Below, in pieces: positions 54,226 to 62,586 of a stretch of 64,000 nt of DNA. Origin of the DNA: Thermodesulfobacteriota bacterium (lineage in GTDB: Bacteria; Desulfobacterota_D; UBA1144; Nemesobacterales; Mycalebacteriaceae); the NCBI GenBank assembly GCA_965205855.1, contig OZ242184.1:1024001-1088000 (forward strand). Reading direction: 5' to 3'. The translations under genes were made by a program, and so were the position numbers. The notes under the pieces were generated by a model. That model was not told where the DNA came from, made no database searches, and worked only from the letters and a program-made list of their open reading frames with translations. Numbering within the stretch: the stretch's first letter is position 1; each line of letters begins with the position of its first letter.

Positions 54226-54418
54226 ATGAAGTTTCTGTTTTTTAGACGAGTTGAAATACGATCAATCTGGCAAATCCAAAGCCTATGACTTAGTAGCACT
54301 TATGATTGGCACACAGCGCTACCTCTCTTTTAAAGAAGCATTTTCAAAAGAGTTGCAAGAAATTGGATGGGATAAAAACCATAAGTTTAAAGGCAAATCA
54401 ATGTTCTCCACAAAGTGA
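54226..54418 (+). pseudogene. Frameshifted, truncated gene fragment (DUF3800/RNase H-like N-terminus suspected)
   Basis: Removing one T from the T6 run at 54238-54243 gives MKFLFLDELKYDQSGKSKAYDLVALMIG...KFKGKSMFSTK*; AT-rich context. Confidence 0.4.
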
Positions 54419-54505
54419 GATTAAAATTTAATCAATTACAGAAAGGAAAAGAAAACAGAAGAGGTTAATTTCGGCATTGCATAAGGTAATTTATTTTTAA
54501 GCATT

Positions 54506-54539
54506 GTGACAAAAGTGTAATATAGAATTCTTTTGTCAC
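54506..54539. repeat. Perfect 10-bp inverted repeat
   Basis: GTGACAAAAG-14 nt-CTTTTGTCAC, 15 nt past the rnr stop; no adjacent U-tract. Confidence 0.6.
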
Positions 54540-54554
54540 CAGAAATCAGACCCC

Positions 54555-56333
54555 TTAAACCACCTCCATAACAGTCCTTCTTTTCTCCAAATCCGCCCCG
54601 ACTACCCTAACTTTCAACTCCTGCCCGAGATTGAACCATTGTCTTCTCCCCCCTCTTCTCATCCTCTCGCGCGGGACAAACCCCTCGGAGCAAATCTCGT
54701 TGAGTTCAAGAAACATACCGAACGGCAGAATGCTTATAATCTTTCCCGTAAACACCCTGCCCGTAAGAGTTTTCATAAAATTCGCGGTTTCAAGCCCAAC
54801 CGTATCCCTTTCGGCTCTTTCGGCACTCCTTTCAAGAACGGAAGTCCGCTCGCATATTCTGTCAATAACATCCACCTTTTCCCCTTCTTTTCCTCTGGCA
54901 ATATGGTCAACCATTCTGTGGGCAACCATGTCCGGATAACGTCTTATGGGAGATGTAAAATGGGAATATCTCTCAATTCCGAGCCCGAAGTGTCCGACTT
55001 TTCGGGTTGAATAGACAGCCCTCTGAAGCGATTTCAGCACCATCATCGTAACCGCGCTTTCCTGTTTGCTGCCCTTGAAATCGCCAAGCAGTTTCTGAAT
55101 TTCCCGTCCGGTGGCTCTTTGTGACAGATCGGCATCGTAGCCGAGCTTTCCAAGCTCCGAAATAAGTTCCGAAATTGACACCTCAGTCGGCGGCTCGTGA
55201 ATTCTGTAAATACCGCAACCCGCCCCTTCGCAAAGCCGCATACCCACGGCGCGGTTCGCCGATATCATAAACTGCTCAATAATCATATTGGCAATTCCCC
55301 TTTGAGCATTGCGTATGTCGGTCACTTTACCACTGCTGTCTCTAACTATTTCCGGTTCGGGAAGGTCAAAATCAATCTCGCCGTTTTCAATGCTGCGCTT
55401 TTTCAATCTGTCGTAAAGGCCTTTCATCATTTTCAGGGTTTCCTTTATGTCAGACGAAAGACCCGCGCCTTCGCCTTTTTCCAGAAAAGCCGTAACCTGT
55501 GAATAAGTAAGGCGCGCCACGCTTTTTATAACGCTGTTGTAAATGCGAAAATCCTTCAGGACTCCTTCGGAAGAAAACTCCATCTCCACGGTTTTTGTCA
55601 GCCTGTCTTTGCCGGGAACAAGGCTGCACAAATCGTTTGACAGAGCTTCGGGAAGCATCGGTATGACCTTGTTGTCAAGATAAACGCTTGTGCTTCTATC
55701 AAGCGCCTCTCTGTCAAGGGGGCTGCCCGGTTTGACATAATGGCTGACATCCGCGATACAGACCCATAAAGCGAAACCAGAGCCTTTTTTTCGTATACCG
55801 ACCGCGTCATCGTAATCTTTGGCATCATCGCCGTCTATTGTGAATATGGTCTTTCCTCTGAAATCAGTTCTGCCGTCAAGAGCCTCCGAGGGACGGACGC
55901 GGCACACCTCTTCGGCGTGCTTCAATACGGATTGCGGAAACTTTCCGGGAAGAGAGTATTTATATTCAATCGCTTTCTTCTCCGTCTCAAACTCTCCGGC
56001 CCTTCCTATGATTGTTTCCACACTGACAAGCGGAACCGTCTCTTTGAGCCCGCCTTTTTTTCCCGTGTATCTGACAAGGGCGAGATAGCCGTTTCTCAGT
56101 TTGAGATTTCCGTCTTGTGATTCCTTTGAAACAATCGCGTGGGGAAAGTCCTCTCCCCTTGGAATCAGGAGTATGCCGTCGGGACCGGCAACCGCTTTGG
56201 CAAGAAACAGTTCTGAAATGGGTGATTTTTCTTTCGCGGTGCGTTTCTGTGGACGGACACTCGAACTTCCGGAAGAAGGTTTTCTTCTCCTTTTCCCGCC
56301 CGGCGGGCGGCGTTTTTCTCTGTTCATTTTCAA
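54555..56333 (-). CDS. rnr: Ribonuclease R family exoribonuclease (short N-terminus)
   Basis: FTIDGDDAKDYDDAV, IADVSHYV, PMLPEALSNDLCSL, HFTSPIRRYPD, S1 region. Confidence 0.88.
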   Translation of the reverse strand: MKMNREKRRPPGGKRRRKPSSGSSSVRPQKRTAKEKSPISELFLAKAVAGPDGILLIPRGEDFPHAIVSKESQDGNLKLRNGYLALVRYTGKKGGLKETVPLVSVETIIGRAGEFETEKKAIEYKYSLPGKFPQSVLKHAEEVCRVRPSEALDGRTDFRGKTIFTIDGDDAKDYDDAVGIRKKGSGFALWVCIADVSHYVKPGSPLDREALDRSTSVYLDNKVIPMLPEALSNDLCSLVPGKDRLTKTVEMEFSSEGVLKDFRIYNSVIKSVARLTYSQVTAFLEKGEGAGLSSDIKETLKMMKGLYDRLKKRSIENGEIDFDLPEPEIVRDSSGKVTDIRNAQRGIANMIIEQFMISANRAVGMRLCEGAGCGIYRIHEPPTEVSISELISELGKLGYDADLSQRATGREIQKLLGDFKGSKQESAVTMMVLKSLQRAVYSTRKVGHFGLGIERYSHFTSPIRRYPDMVAHRMVDHIARGKEGEKVDVIDRICERTSVLERSAERAERDTVGLETANFMKTLTGRVFTGKIISILPFGMFLELNEICSEGFVPRERMRRGGRRQWFNLGQELKVRVVGADLEKRRTVMEVV

Positions 56334-56557
56334 TACACTCCCAGCCCTTGCGGAAGGAAAGTATTAAAAAAACGGCCGCAAAAGGACGCTACCGCCGGGT
56401 TCCGAAATATCTCCACACAAAAACCTTTCAAGTTAATATGGAAAACAGTCTATACGGAATAACCGGATTTCAAACAGACACTTGAAAAAACCACCCTTTT
56501 GTATAAGTTTCGGCTGAAGCGGACGAATTGGGTTTCCAGTAAAAACAGGAGTCGTAG

Positions 56558-56746
56558 ATGCTTAAAACAAACATCCCGGGAAGTATTGCCGTGGTCGCTT
56601 TTATTCTTTCCTTTGTAGGATTCGGCATATCACTGAACACATCAATAAACTGGAGTCTCTATTTTCAAATCATCGGCGCGGTCGGGGCCATTGCTCTTGC
56701 CGTGGCGCTTATCACGCGTTTCATCCCATCTTCGGACAAAGACTGA
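56558..56746 (+). CDS. Small two-helix membrane protein
   Basis: 62 aa, two hydrophobic segments, AGGAG SD 6 nt upstream, sits in an otherwise empty gap. Confidence 0.65.
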   Translation: MLKTNIPGSIAVVAFILSFVGFGISLNTSINWSLYFQIIGAVGAIALAVALITRFIPSSDKD

Positions 56747-56777
56747 AATACGCAAGCAACACAAATACTGCGGCGCC

Positions 56778-58163
56778 CTAAAGAATGATGCGAGGCGTTA
56801 TAAAAAGAATAAGCTCCCTTTCCACCGTTGTGTTCCTTGAGCTCTTGAACATTGCTCCGAGAAGGGGAATTGAAGAGAAAAACGGCACTCTGGAATTGCT
56901 TTTATTGACCGTTGTCGTAACGATTCCGCCGAGGACTATCGTCTCTCCGTCTTCGGCAAGAACTTTGGTCTTCGCTTCATTTCTTCTGATTGAAGGCTGG
57001 GAGCCGACCGAAAAAGTCGCATCGGGAGAGTTGTCGGTAACATGGATGTCCATAAATATGTTGCCGTCATTGGTTATCTTGGGTTTAACTTCAAGGCTCA
57101 AGGTTGCATCCGCAAACTCTGTTTTCGTTCCCTGGTCGGAAACCGTTGAAAACGGAATTGAGATGCCCTGCTCTATCCTTGCCACCGAGTTGTCAACCGT
57201 CATAATTTTCGGGGATGAGAGTATTTTCACCTTGCCTTTGTCCTCAAGCGCGGAAAGCCGTATGTCAAGATCAAAGGTTCCGGCAAGGTTTCCCAGAACC
57301 ACCCCGAGCGACCCACCGGTGCCTCTATCAACAGAAGCGGGCATATCAACTATGAAGCCGTCAGAAACATTGCCGAAAGGTGTTTCTATCTGCGTTCCGC
57401 CGATCTGTATGCTTGAGGGAAAACGCGCTCCGGTTTTTTTGCTTCTGTAGGAAGCACCCCACTGAATGCCAAGCTCTCTTGAGAAATCCGTTCCCGCCTG
57501 CACTATTCTTGACTCTATCAGTATTTTCGGCGTGGGCTTGTCAAGCGACAGGATGATTTTCTCAATACTTTCAATGTTCAGAGGAGTTTCAAGAACCGTT
57601 AAACTGTTTGTTCTTTCATCAACGGCAACCCTGCCCCTTTTTGTGAGAAGTGTTTTAATTCCCGCGGCAATGTCGCGCGCGGTGGCGTAGTTCACAAAAA
57701 ACTGCTCGGAGACGAGTTTCTCGGTTTTCTCAACAATCAACGCGGTGTCCGATTTGATTCTCCGCCTTTTGCTTATGCTCTCAAGCGACGAAATCCTGAC
57801 TATGCTTCCATCAACAAAAGCTCCCAGTTCGCTCTCGCCAAGCACAACCGCAAGTGCCTGATCCCACGGAATATTTCTCAACTCCATATCAACCGTTCCC
57901 TTCACTTCACCCGTAATAATGATACTGAAATTTCCCATTCTGGCTATCTGGCGTATAACCTCCCGCACGCTGGCACCTTTGTATATGAATGTGCCTTTCT
58001 CGCCCCTGTAAACAATACCTCCAGAGCCCAGAGAGGAGTTCCGGAAGTCAAAAGCCCAGAACGCTTTTCCATCGTTCGGCGCATAAGCGGCCGCGGGTTT
58101 TCCACCGGAAATTAAAACCGCGCATGCCGCGCAGAAAATGAGTAATAAAACCTTTGAGCCCAT
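56778..58163 (-). CDS. pilQ: Type IV pilus secretin PilQ (short form)
   Basis: Signal peptide, N0 region ending IPWDQAL, VDERTNSL, ILIESRIV, ELGIQWG, LSSPKI, DGETIVLGGI, ELILFITPRI. Confidence 0.9.
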   Translation of the reverse strand: MGSKVLLLIFCAACAVLISGGKPAAAYAPNDGKAFWAFDFRNSSLGSGGIVYRGEKGTFIYKGASVREVIRQIARMGNFSIIITGEVKGTVDMELRNIPWDQALAVVLGESELGAFVDGSIVRISSLESISKRRRIKSDTALIVEKTEKLVSEQFFVNYATARDIAAGIKTLLTKRGRVAVDERTNSLTVLETPLNIESIEKIILSLDKPTPKILIESRIVQAGTDFSRELGIQWGASYRSKKTGARFPSSIQIGGTQIETPFGNVSDGFIVDMPASVDRGTGGSLGVVLGNLAGTFDLDIRLSALEDKGKVKILSSPKIMTVDNSVARIEQGISIPFSTVSDQGTKTEFADATLSLEVKPKITNDGNIFMDIHVTDNSPDATFSVGSQPSIRRNEAKTKVLAEDGETIVLGGIVTTTVNKSNSRVPFFSSIPLLGAMFKSSRNTTVERELILFITPRIIL

Positions 58164-58165
58164 AA

Positions 58166-58591
58166 TTATTTCAACGGGAAGAACTCCCTCCCGCCTCCGC
58201 CGGAACGGGTTTTTGTAAAAACCCCTTTCTCTTCTATATCCTCGATTTTAACCCCGAACGCATTTTGCCCCTTTTCAACCCAAAGCACCTCACGTCCCGA
58301 AACTAACATCGCCAAATTTTTGCCCATAAGGTTTATAAAACCCTTCACTTTGAATTTCCGGGAGATTTTTTTCTTCCTCTCTTTGTCCGCGGATTTACGT
58401 GCAGGTGAAGAGGATGAAAAAGAGGTTTTTTTGTTTATATCACTTTTCCCGACCCGTGGTTGCGGGTCGTCACCGAACTTTAAATGGAAACCGGAAGCAA
58501 CAGCCAATACAGCAACCGCCGCCACGGCATAAAATATCTTCCCCGGTTTTCTGCCGGACTTTGCATTTTCCAAAAGGTTGATTTCTATCAT
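58166..58591 (-). CDS. Putative PilN-like anchor fused to a PilP/GspC-like domain
   Basis: Starts MIEINLL (GGAG SD upstream), then one TM, a Ser/Lys-rich linker and a beta-rich C-terminus FKVKGFI...AML...WVEKGQ...VKIEDIEEKGV. Confidence 0.6.
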   Translation of the reverse strand: MIEINLLENAKSGRKPGKIFYAVAAVAVLAVASGFHLKFGDDPQPRVGKSDINKKTSFSSSSPARKSADKERKKKISRKFKVKGFINLMGKNLAMLVSGREVLWVEKGQNAFGVKIEDIEEKGVFTKTRSGGGGREFFPLK

Positions 58592-58611
58592 TGCGACTCC
58601 AAATTTTCCTT

Positions 58612-59700
58612 TCACAACACTCTGAGCGCAAGCCCGAACGCAACGGCGGTTTTTGGAGACAGGTCTTTAAGATAGTCTGCGTCAACTCCATCGCACACAT
58701 CGCCTATGGGATCGGAGTACTCAACATCAACCTTCAATATTTCGGCAATAACATCGCTGAAACCGTAGAGTAGCGACCCTCCTCCGGAAAGAACCGCTTT
58801 ATGGGTTTTTTGTGTCTCCATATTCAAAAACATCTCAAGGTTGGATTTTACCTCAAACGCAACCTTCGTTGAAAATTCACGTGCAATGCTCAAAAACTCC
58901 GTCCTTGAGCCAGCACAAAGGGAGGTCTTTTCAGACTCCGCCTCGTCAATTGTCAGATCTCCGGCGCGCGCAATGCCGAGAGTCAACTCATCAGAACTGC
59001 GGGATAGGTCTCTTGTCAAAACGGTTTTTGAATTTTCCAAAACGGCAAAGTTTGTTACGGAGCGTCCGACATTGAGCAAAACGGTTAGCCCTTCTTCCGC
59101 AGCAGGTTTGTTTTTCTCCAGGCTGTTGTAGGCATTTATAACTGCAAAGCCATCGTAATCCACAACCGCCGGAGTAAAACCCGAGCGGGAAAGAGCCGAA
59201 ACACAAATATCAACAGCGTCTTTCTTTGCAACAGCAACGGCAATCTTCTCCGTCTGCGCCGCGCGCGGATGAAAATCGCTGTAATAGTCGTCCGTTCCTT
59301 CCGGAAAAAAGCTTTCCAGATGAAGCGAAACCGCTTCTTCGATCAGTTTCTTCGAACCCGCTGCGGATGGAGGAACCTCCATGAGACTCGTAAACACCGC
59401 GCCGCCAGAAATGGAGACGGCGGCGATTGCGCCTTTGATATCAAGATCCTCGCGCAAAAATGACAGCCCCGAGCAAACGGAATCAAAATCTTCTATCTTT
59501 TTGTTCTTAAGACAGTCAGGGTTCAGAGCGACTTCGGCCGCCTTCGCGGAAAAATCCGCACCGCCGTCTTTCTTGTTGAGAACAACAACCTTTATTGAAT
59601 GCGAACCGATATCAATCCCAACCGCTGGCGGCCTGGCGAAAAGCCCGTTGTAGAGTTTTGAGACCCCGAACCCAAACCCGCTAAACCGAGCGCACATCAT
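58612..59700 (-). CDS. pilM: Type IV pilus assembly protein PilM
   Basis: Actin/FtsA-like GIDIGSHSIKVV, VVDYDGFAVINAY, LSGGGSLL, AVAFGLALR; upstream of pilQ. Confidence 0.88.
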   Translation of the reverse strand: MMCARFSGFGFGVSKLYNGLFARPPAVGIDIGSHSIKVVVLNKKDGGADFSAKAAEVALNPDCLKNKKIEDFDSVCSGLSFLREDLDIKGAIAAVSISGGAVFTSLMEVPPSAAGSKKLIEEAVSLHLESFFPEGTDDYYSDFHPRAAQTEKIAVAVAKKDAVDICVSALSRSGFTPAVVDYDGFAVINAYNSLEKNKPAAEEGLTVLLNVGRSVTNFAVLENSKTVLTRDLSRSSDELTLGIARAGDLTIDEAESEKTSLCAGSRTEFLSIAREFSTKVAFEVKSNLEMFLNMETQKTHKAVLSGGGSLLYGFSDVIAEILKVDVEYSDPIGDVCDGVDADYLKDLSPKTAVAFGLALRVL

Positions 59701-60477
59701 TTATTTGCTGTTTTTAGAAAGAAATCCGGAGAAGGAGATGACTTTTTTTGAACCCGGTTTATTAGCCGCCTCGGAAGTTTTCGCTGTTCTGTCTTTTTTC
59801 CCCGGTTCTTCGGGGTGGTCTTCAATTATCTCTTCCAAAACCTGGCGCATAACCTTTAAAGCCCCTATAGAGCGCTGCTTCATATAGGGCCTCGCATAGT
59901 TCTTGTCTATAATCTCTTTGCGTTTTCTGGAAACCAGATAGCGCAGGATAAAAACCTGATTGTTGAGCACTATAAAAAGCGCCAGATATAAAAGGGAGTT
60001 ATCCAAAAACACCTTTTTTAGTATCTGAGATCTAGAGGAATTTACCGTAATAACTCCATATGGATTCCCGTCTGCACGCATAAGAAAAGGAACGGAAACG
60101 GACAGCATACCAGCTGCCTCGCGCACGCCGTATCCCCTGTCGGAATACAAACTCCTCGCCTCCCGACCTTCGCTCCCTTCATTTGTAAAAAGAACCAGAA
60201 AAGAGGAGGGAACAACATCAAAGGATTTGAAGATACCTTCCTGACCGTATTTGCTTCTCAGAAATGCGTAAAAATCTTCACTTGTCGGATTTTCAGTGTG
60301 AACAAGAAATTGAGTGGCTTCATTGCTTATGAGTTCAGATGCCACAATGGTTTTGTTTATCAAATTGGATTTGGCGGTGCCGAGCTGGCTGTAGAAAACA
60401 GCGCATATAAAAAACAATATGCCTATCTCTATAAAAAGAATCTTGTAAAGAAAACTTAATTTCCCCGTCAGGCGCAT
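59701..60477 (-). CDS. Two-TM membrane protein with a sensor-like extracytoplasmic domain
   Basis: TM1 near the N-terminus, about 130-aa loop ending VSVPF...GNPYGVITV, TM2, short charged tail; overlaps the XRE stop and abuts pilM. Confidence 0.65.
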   Translation of the reverse strand: MRLTGKLSFLYKILFIEIGILFFICAVFYSQLGTAKSNLINKTIVASELISNEATQFLVHTENPTSEDFYAFLRSKYGQEGIFKSFDVVPSSFLVLFTNEGSEGREARSLYSDRGYGVREAAGMLSVSVPFLMRADGNPYGVITVNSSRSQILKKVFLDNSLLYLALFIVLNNQVFILRYLVSRKRKEIIDKNYARPYMKQRSIGALKVMRQVLEEIIEDHPEEPGKKDRTAKTSEAANKPGSKKVISFSGFLSKNSK

Positions 60478-60881
60478 TTAAGGAATTCTTCCAGAATTTT
60501 TTTGGCTTCGGAGTTTTCATAGTGTTTGAAAAGCATAAAGACCATTCCACTGAAGTCCTTTTTCATCTCATCATCAAGAACCCTGTACAGTTTGACAAGA
60601 TACCTTTCCTCATCGGTCAGAATCTCAAGATCTTTCTTATCTATAAGTTCTTTTTCAATAAACTTGTGCAACTTTTCGCGTCTGGACAAATTCCACACCT
60701 CTGCCACGCTGACACGAAGATACTGAGCAATCTGGTGACACCTCTCGCGCGAGGGAGAATCCGCCTTTCCCGTTTCAAGCTGGTGGATATAAACCTTTGA
60801 GACATCAAGATAATACGCGAGGTCTCCCTGGGTTATGCCTCTTTGTTTGCGCTTGGTTTTTAAATAGTCTCCAAATTTCAT
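60468..60881 (-). CDS. XRE-family helix-turn-helix regulator
   Basis: FGDYLKTKRKQRGITQGDLA...VSKVYIHQLETGK...PS; C-terminal LTDEERYLVKLYRVLDDEMK. Confidence 0.88.
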   Translation of the reverse strand: MKFGDYLKTKRKQRGITQGDLAYYLDVSKVYIHQLETGKADSPSRERCHQIAQYLRVSVAEVWNLSRREKLHKFIEKELIDKKDLEILTDEERYLVKLYRVLDDEMKKDFSGMVFMLFKHYENSEAKKILEEFLKCA

Positions 60882-60897
60882 AATAAAAACCCAAATT

Positions 60898-60952
60898 GTT
60901 AAGTAAATATGCTTAACCTTTGATTGTATACAAATATGAAAATATCTGTCAA
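60898..60952 (-). promoter_or_regulatory. Sigma70 promoter with an overlapping palindromic operator candidate
   Basis: TTGACA (60952-60947)-18 nt-TACAAT (60928-60923); palindrome GTTAAG-N8-CTTAAC at 60898-60917; TTGTATACAA palindrome over the -10. Confidence 0.6.
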
Positions 60953-61003
60953 GACCATAACTTGTTATCTTCGCCCACGAAACATATTGAAGGCAGGCAA
61001 AGT

Positions 61004-61076
<73 letters not shown>

Positions 61077-61098
61077 GGAAAATTGATGTCATTCTATA

Positions 61099-61140
61099 AT
61101 AAAAAAAGCCGACCGCAAACGAATCCGGTCGGCTTTTTAT
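61099..61140 (-). terminator. Rho-independent terminator of the porin gene (possibly bidirectional)
   Basis: AAAAAGCCGACCG-10 nt loop-CGGTCGGCTTTTT with a U7 tract on the minus strand. Confidence 0.85.
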
Positions 61141-61162
61141 CAATCAGGTTCCGAGAAGGAGC

Positions 61163-62473
61163 CTATATCCAGTAGAGAAGTTGAAGGAGCAGCGCATGCT
61201 GGTCTTTCTTCAGTCCGCTGTCACTCGGAAAGTATTCGACATCCGCTCTGTCCCAACGGTATTCAAAGCGGGTCTCAAAAACCCCTTTTCCGCTTTCGCC
61301 AAACGGCTTCCATGCAACGGTCGGTGTTATTTCAAACAGCTTCACAGAATCGGAGGTTTCAGAGTCGTCAACATACTCCGCTCTCAAAGAGAGATTTAAA
61401 TCCGAAGCCGCCTGATATATAGCGTATCCGCCCACACCCCAACGAAAGAAGCTGTCATATCTCACGCCTGTCTGTCTAACTTCATCGTTGGAGGGGTTGT
61501 TATCATTACCTATATCAACAAGGTTGCGAACGGGCACCAAACGGCCGTCTTCAACCCATGTGAACTCGAGGTCTCCGACAAATGTGAGCCTGCCGGATGT
61601 CACGCTGCCAACAAGAGTCAGAAGTGTCCGAGTCTTATTGTCATCGTCAAGTAGCGGTAGCAGCGGCGTCAAACTCTCCACTCCCGTGCCAATGTCAAAA
61701 ATACTGATATTACCACTATTATTGGAGTCTACCTGTATCTCGCCAAATTCGGACTTGCCGACATATACTGTCGCGCCGAGCCACAGGTCATTTATAAAGC
61801 CTGCGTCCGAAGAGTGCGAATACGCCGCCTGAAACTCAAAAGTCTTTCCGTCGTCAACTTCGTCAACGGCATCCCAATCATTGCTGAGGCCGAAGGTCAG
61901 GTCAAGTGGCCCCGCCGAGTATGCCGCCCTCACGCCCGAGTGCGCGAACGGGATTCTGTAGAAAAGAAGCGACCTGCTGACATTTGTATTGTTTTTCGCC
62001 TCTATAAGCTCCCAGCCTGCAAGCGTGGTGAACTGCCCGGCGACAATGGAGAGTTCTTCCGTGGGGGTGATTTTCAAATAAGCCTGATAGGGACTTACCG
62101 CACCGTCTCCGTCGGAATTGAAACCAAATCCCAAACGCTCCGCCTGCTCGCCAAAAAGTATGTCCGCCCTGAAGCCGACCTTATCAGCCAGAGACGCGCC
62201 CGAAGCGTTTGCCTCCTTTTCAACAGACAGAGTGAAAGCGTCTATTGAGAAGTTGTTATGCTCGTCATAGAGCCCCCTTTCCGCCGGACAGTTGCTCACG
62301 GTCTCGTTGTCACAATTGAAAACATACTGATATGTTGTGTCAACGGACAAACCTATGCTAACCGCTTCGGAAAACTGCGACAGCGGAACTTCGGCCTTCG
62401 CGGTGGCAACCGCAAACTGCATTGCACCCGCAATCGCAAAGAAACTTAAGAACCTAAAATAACAGTTAATCAT
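61163..62473 (-). CDS. Outer-membrane beta-barrel porin (BBP2/OmpL-like)
   Basis: Signal peptide ending ATAKA, VGFRADILFG, QAY, GQFTTLAGWELI...NTNVSRSLLF...PFAHSGVR, aromatic C-terminus LLYWI; start reset behind AGGAGG. Confidence 0.8.
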   Translation of the reverse strand: MINCYFRFLSFFAIAGAMQFAVATAKAEVPLSQFSEAVSIGLSVDTTYQYVFNCDNETVSNCPAERGLYDEHNNFSIDAFTLSVEKEANASGASLADKVGFRADILFGEQAERLGFGFNSDGDGAVSPYQAYLKITPTEELSIVAGQFTTLAGWELIEAKNNTNVSRSLLFYRIPFAHSGVRAAYSAGPLDLTFGLSNDWDAVDEVDDGKTFEFQAAYSHSSDAGFINDLWLGATVYVGKSEFGEIQVDSNNSGNISIFDIGTGVESLTPLLPLLDDDNKTRTLLTLVGSVTSGRLTFVGDLEFTWVEDGRLVPVRNLVDIGNDNNPSNDEVRQTGVRYDSFFRWGVGGYAIYQAASDLNLSLRAEYVDDSETSDSVKLFEITPTVAWKPFGESGKGVFETRFEYRWDRADVEYFPSDSGLKKDQHALLLQLLYWI

Positions 62474-62586
62474 TAATACCTCCTTGTAATGACTTGTATT
62501 GTTAAACATAGAGCAAACCCGCCTGCCGAAGCGCGGAGCAACTCAATGAATATTAAAACTGCGAAATACCTCCGGGCATAAAGCGC

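Noticed and set aside
56296-56310. Palindrome CCGCCCG-G-CGGGCGG
   Set aside because: Inside the rnr coding sequence (RRPPGG codons) with a 1-nt loop; probably chance
62511-62530. Sigma54-like element CGGCAGGCGGGTTTGCT upstream of the porin (minus strand)
   Set aside because: GG-to-GC spacing is 11 nt rather than the required 10
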